Shown one piece after another: positions 58,776 through 64,000 of a stretch of DNA of 64,000 nucleotides. The notes under the pieces are model-generated. The model searched no databases and had not been told where the DNA came from. It saw only the letters and a list, made by a program, of their open reading frames with translations. The stretch's first letter is position 1, and every line of letters begins with the position of its first letter. Both the position numbers and the translations under genes were made by a program. The stretch spans positions 3,224,001 through 3,288,000 of the forward strand of contig OX597821.1 in NCBI GenBank assembly GCA_951406725.2. Reading direction: 5' to 3'. Source of the stretch: Octopus vulgaris. Its lineage: Eukaryota.

Positions 58776-59548
58776 GGGATCTTTTCCTTTTGAACGGCAG
58801 TTTTCAACACAATTTCTAGTTACCTAAACATATTTAAACTTCGTATACTGGTAGAATGTGTCAAAATAAAACATTTTTCTTGACTTTCTTGAGGAAATTG
58901 TAATTTGTTTGTTTAACATAGTTTAATTTTTAGAATTTTAACCAATGAATCGCCTCTATTGAGCTAAAATCATTTGCTCCGTCTAAAACTGAGACAACAT
59001 TCTGTCACTGTTATGTGTTTACGTAAACAGCTATTTATACAGAATATCCGGACAGCGTGTGTATAGCGTGTGTATAAAAATATAGAATTATTTTAACTGT
59101 TACGCGTGTGTCTAAAATTATTCGTTTTGTTTTGTTTTGAGTTTTTGCTTTCGTTTTAGCCTTTCGTTTATTTTCTTAATTGTTAAATTAAAATTATTAT
59201 CCATTGCTTTCGTTTTTTTTTCTTAATTGTTATCCTTAAATTAATTTAACAATTAAGAAAAAAAACAAACGGCTAAAATTTAGGGTTAGGGTTAGGGTGA
59301 AGGTAAGGGTTAGTGAAAGGATGTTGTCACACTTTTAGATGCAGCAAATGATTTTAGCTCAAAAGAGGCCATCGATTGGTTAAAATTCGAAAAATTAAAC
59401 TACGTTAAACTTACAAATTACAATTATCTCAAGAAAGCCAAGAGAAAAAATGTTTTATTTTGACACATTCTACAAGTATACGAAGTTTAAAAGTGTTTAG
59501 TTAACTAGAAATTGTGTTGAAAACTGCCTTTCAAAAGGAATAGATCCC
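58776..59548. mobile_element. Fold-back DNA element with about 235-bp TIRs and internal (TTAGGG)n
   Basis: 58776-59008 pairs with 59312-59548 (GGGATC...GATCCC); flanks ACCTTT / ACATTT are a near-match 6-bp TSD; TTAGGG x3 plus variants at 59280-59313. Confidence 0.85.
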
Positions 59549-60446
59549 ACATTTGGAAATATTACGGTATTAACATTCTTTATTCGGACAGTTACCTTGC
59601 CATTGGCCTGTATCTCTATTGCTATGACATCACGTTCTTGTCTACTCGTCCGAAAATAGAAACCGGAGATAATTATCCGTAGTCATGTGACTCATCGCTT
59701 CACTGAATTTTGAGAGAAAACAAAACAGCTAACTTTACATTAAACACTTCATTTCAAACTCATTAGTTCTTTAAAAGTTTCGTGATCCGATAATATGATT
59801 ATTTTTGCCACTTAACATTGAAAACCAAATTTAATTCATTAATTGTTATTTCAGTTGCTTTTCTGCTTCATGAGAGAGGACGGTTATGCTTATTGAAACT
59901 AAAGATATAAGCTGACAATATTCAAACACATTCGATCGATGCAAAAGTGCCCGAAGTACTTTGAGAGATCAATTTCATTAATTGCGGTAGTGACGGATTT
60001 TTTCTAACCAAGGGTTAAATAATTATTAAGATAAATGATTTACACAAAAATAATTGCATCAACTTCCTGCAGCACAATCTATTCTGATTCGAATTGACAA
60101 ATAACGATAATGATATGATACTTTGAAAGAGATAATGATTTATTGTAGACGAACATTTAAATGATTCATGCTACTGAGGTGACACATTTTGAGCTTCACA
60201 GTATAAAGTTATCCAGTACATACACATTTTAGTAGCATTTAAAGTAAAAGCTAACGTGTAAATAGTAATTTGCCTGGAACATTTCAATATATTCAGTTAC
60301 GACTGACGATATTCAGAGTTCGAATTTCGCCTTCAATAACGAAAGATCAAAATAAATTTTAAGAAGGATTCCATTTCGTTTTATTATATTCTCTCCGCTT
60401 CTCTCTCTCTCTTTCTCCCGCTCTCCCGGTATATATATATATATAT

Positions 60447-61283
60447 GTACTAATAAGTAGAAAGGTAGGCAATCCACAAATGTCCTCAGGAAGAGGGCCC
60501 TGCTCGATCTGTAGAAAAGGTGTAGGTAGAAACTCTATAAGATGTACCCAGTGTAAGCTATGGACACATAAGAGGTGCAGCAATGTCAAAGGTAGGCTAA
60601 CTGGGAAGATAGTTTTTATATGTGGCAGATGCTCGGGAGCATTGACCTCCGAAAATCTGCAGAAAACAACTTCCGTCACTCTCCAGGGGGAAAAATTAGA
60701 AGTAGTTGATAGCTTCCGTTATCTAGGTGACCAAGTCAGTAGTGGGGGTGGGTGCGCTGAGAGTGTAACTGCTAGAATAAGAATAGCCTGGGCAAAGTTT
60801 AGGGAGCTCTTACCTCTGCTGGTGACTAAAGGCCTCTCGCTCAGAGTAAAGGGCAGACTGTATGATGCATGTGTTCGAACTGCCATGCTACATGGCAGTG
60901 AAACATGGGCCGTGACTGCTGAGGACATGCGTAAGCTCATGAGTAATGAAGCCAGTATGCTCCGATGGATGTGTAATGTCAGTGTACTTACTCGACAGAG
61001 TGTTAGTTCCCTAAGAGAAATGTTGTACCTAAGAAGTATCAGTTGTTGCGTGCAAGAGAGACGATTGCGCTGGTATGGTCATGTGGCGAGAATGGATTAA
61101 GATAGGTGTGTGAGAAAGTGCCAATCCCTAGCAGTTGAGGGAACCCGTGGAAGAGGTAGACCCAGGAAAACCTGGGACGAGGTGGTGAAGCACGACCTTC
61201 GAACATTAGGTCTCACCATGGAAATGACTAGAGACCGAGACCTATGGAAGTATGCTGTGCGTGAGAAGACCCGGCAAGACTAG
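60447..61283 (+). pseudogene. RTE ORF C-terminal part (PHD-like finger, RT domain 7/thumb, C-terminal domain); one premature TAA at 61098-61100
   Basis: LEVVDSFRYLG, RIRIAWAKF, LHGSETW, RRLRWYGHVARM and, past the stop in the same frame, RGRGRPRKTW...DRDLWK to TAG at 61281-61283. Confidence 0.93.
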
Positions 61284-61548
61284 TGAAGCCATAACCCGTG
61301 GACCCTACCTGGGACGTAGTCAGTCCGCCTGTGCATACCTTCCTGCTTGTGACACTTGTGAAGACCTGTTGAGGCAAATCAAATCAAAGTCAAATCGAAT
61401 CAAGTCAAACCAAATCAAAATAGATGAACATCAATGGAATTTGTATCCTTGTGGTACCAGTGCCGGTGGCACATAAGAAAACCATCCGAACGGGACCGTA
61501 GCCAGTACCGCATCGACTGGCCTCCGTGCTGTGGGCACGTAACAAACA

Positions 61549-61730
61549 CCGTCCGAGCGTGGCCGTCTGCCAGCCTCGTCTGGCACCTGTGTCGGTGGCA
61601 CATAAAAACACCATCCGAGCGTGGCCGTCTGCCAGCCTCGTCTGGCACCTGTGTCGGTGGCACATAAAAACACCATCCAAGCGTGGCCGTTCGCCAGCCT
61701 CGTCTGGCACCTGTGTCGGTGGCACATAAA
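61549..61730 (+). repeat. 62-bp tandem repeat, about 3 copies, in the RTE 3' UTR
   Basis: Unit 'gccagcctcgtctggcacctgtgtcggtggcacataaaaacaccatccgagcgtggccgtct'; a diverged copy lies at about 61450-61510. Confidence 0.95.
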
Positions 61731-61881
61731 ATCACCCACTACACTCTCGGAGTGGTTGGCGTTAGGAAGGGCATCCAGCTGTAGAAACACTGCCAGATCT
61801 GACTGGCCTGGTGCAGCCTTCGGGCTCCCCAGACCCCAGTTGAACCGTCCAACCCATGCTAGCATGGAAAGCGGACGTTAA

Positions 61882-62715
<834 letters not shown>

Positions 62716-62734
62716 CATACATACATTCACATAT

Positions 62735-62918
62735 AGGTGTAAGCATGGCTGTGGTGTATGAGACTTCTTTCCCACCTCATGGTTCCGGGTTATGTTCAAC
62801 TACGTGTTACCTTGGACAAATGTCTTCTACTATAACCTTGGGCCGGTCGAGGCCTTGTGAGTGGATTTGGGTGACGGAAACTGAAGGGAGCCCGTCGTGT
62901 ATTATATATATATATATA
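62735..62918 (+). mobile_element. SINE family B, 5' half
   Basis: Matches 6100-6245 and 9119-9300. Confidence 0.8.
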
Positions 62919-63779
62919 TCATGAATCCAACACTCCAACCACTATACCACACGCCCTTACTGCCGATTTCTTTCAACATTTAAAAATAGAATCCAGCATG
63001 AACCAGTCGATATTGGTCGCATGATGCCAACATTAAATGTATAGCAAGTATTATGTTTTTGGTCTTTATGGGGACCGTTGTAAAATATATTTAAGGTATA
63101 AAATGAACAATACTGAATATGCTTTTCCAGTAATAACTTAAAGTGAGCTATGCAATCTAGATTCCTTGTATCTATCACAATGATATAACAGGGGTAGATT
63201 ATGTGAAACTCTTATGCCTGGAGGGGTACTTCGTTGCAGGTAGAAAAGACTAAGCATTTTTTCTAATAGAATATAAATACTATTTATACTCACTATCGAC
63301 AGATAAATTTTGTGTGAGCAATCCTATCGTCCAAATTGACCACACTTTATTCATCCAAGATTTGTTTCAGGTTTAATATATCTAGATCTATTGGGTTTTC
63401 AGATGAGTTCGTTCATTTTTCTCCAATGTTGTTTCATTTCGTACGAAACATATGTCTATCGTAGTGTTTTACGGTTTTCTGTTCTTTTGCTCTTTTTCCA
63501 CAACTTATGTGTATCGTTTAGAAGTTTTAATAAGCTTTTCCCCGTTTAATACATGCAGATGGAGTATGGAGTGCTCACTAGGAAAGCATGAGCATTTTCA
63601 AAAACTGTTTATCCTTACGAACAAAAGCTGTCAAAGTCTACGAGAAGGCTTGATTACACATTGAAATGCACAAAAATAATTTTTACGATTCAAGGAGAGG
63701 ACAATTGACACAGTTTTTCTATGTTCTGGCGGCCTTATATCGTTAAAGGAAAATCGATTGAGCGATCTTATCCATGAGG

Positions 63780-64000
63780 ATTCCACTAGGAAACTGGCTT
63801 GGTGATGTGATGCTTTAATCATACGCATATTCACTCATCTTCACTCAATGAACAATGCTGCTGAAAAGACCCAAATCGCAACATAGTGTGCTTAGGAAAC
63901 ACTTGCACCTACAATGCTATTAAAGATTTCTGTTGTGAAGTTCTCTCGCACTCATCGTATTTTTCGGCCGTTCTCCAACGTCAGCGAAGCGTTTCATTGA
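63780..64000 (+). pseudogene. Possible very old mariner transposase remnant
   Basis: 'KDFCCEVLSHSSYFS' resembles the mariner 'WEVLPHPPYSPD' motif; otherwise heavily disrupted. Confidence 0.3.

Noticed and set aside
59280-59313. True telomere or chromosome fusion site
   Set aside because: Only about 3 perfect units, and they lie inside a TIR element.
61549-61730. Regular repeats superficially like a CRISPR array
   Set aside because: No unique spacers, eukaryotic context, and located inside a LINE 3' UTR.

Overview
AT-rich, repeat-saturated animal genomic DNA (intronic or intergenic). It is most likely from a cephalopod such as Octopus, inferred from the tRNA-derived SINE families and the extreme (TA)n/(TAA)n microsatellite load. 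No host protein-coding gene can be called with confidence, and nearly all ORFs in the supplied track are microsatellite artefacts. The real protein-coding remnants all come from transposons: a 5'-truncated RTE LINE with a PHD-type finger, a CR1-group LINE 3' end, R4/Dong-like restriction-endonuclease LINE fragments and Tc1/mariner fragments. There are also Helitron-like elements, a solo LTR, MITEs and many SINEs. The main signal not explained by these features is a set of about 10 type I hammerhead ribozyme (HHR) motifs in at least 5 unrelated short non-coding repeat families, mostly arranged as fold-backs inserted in microsatellites. The best case is an intact HHR at 62351-62449 inside a 476-bp circularly permuted unit. 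That unit has a 31-bp terminal direct repeat and an inverted arm starting almost exactly at the predicted cleavage site, which fits a retrozyme or non-autonomous Penelope-like element possibly copied from circular or multimeric RNA. A second family couples a tRNA-like Pol III head to an HHR. All RNA folds were done by eye and no catalytic activity is demonstrated.
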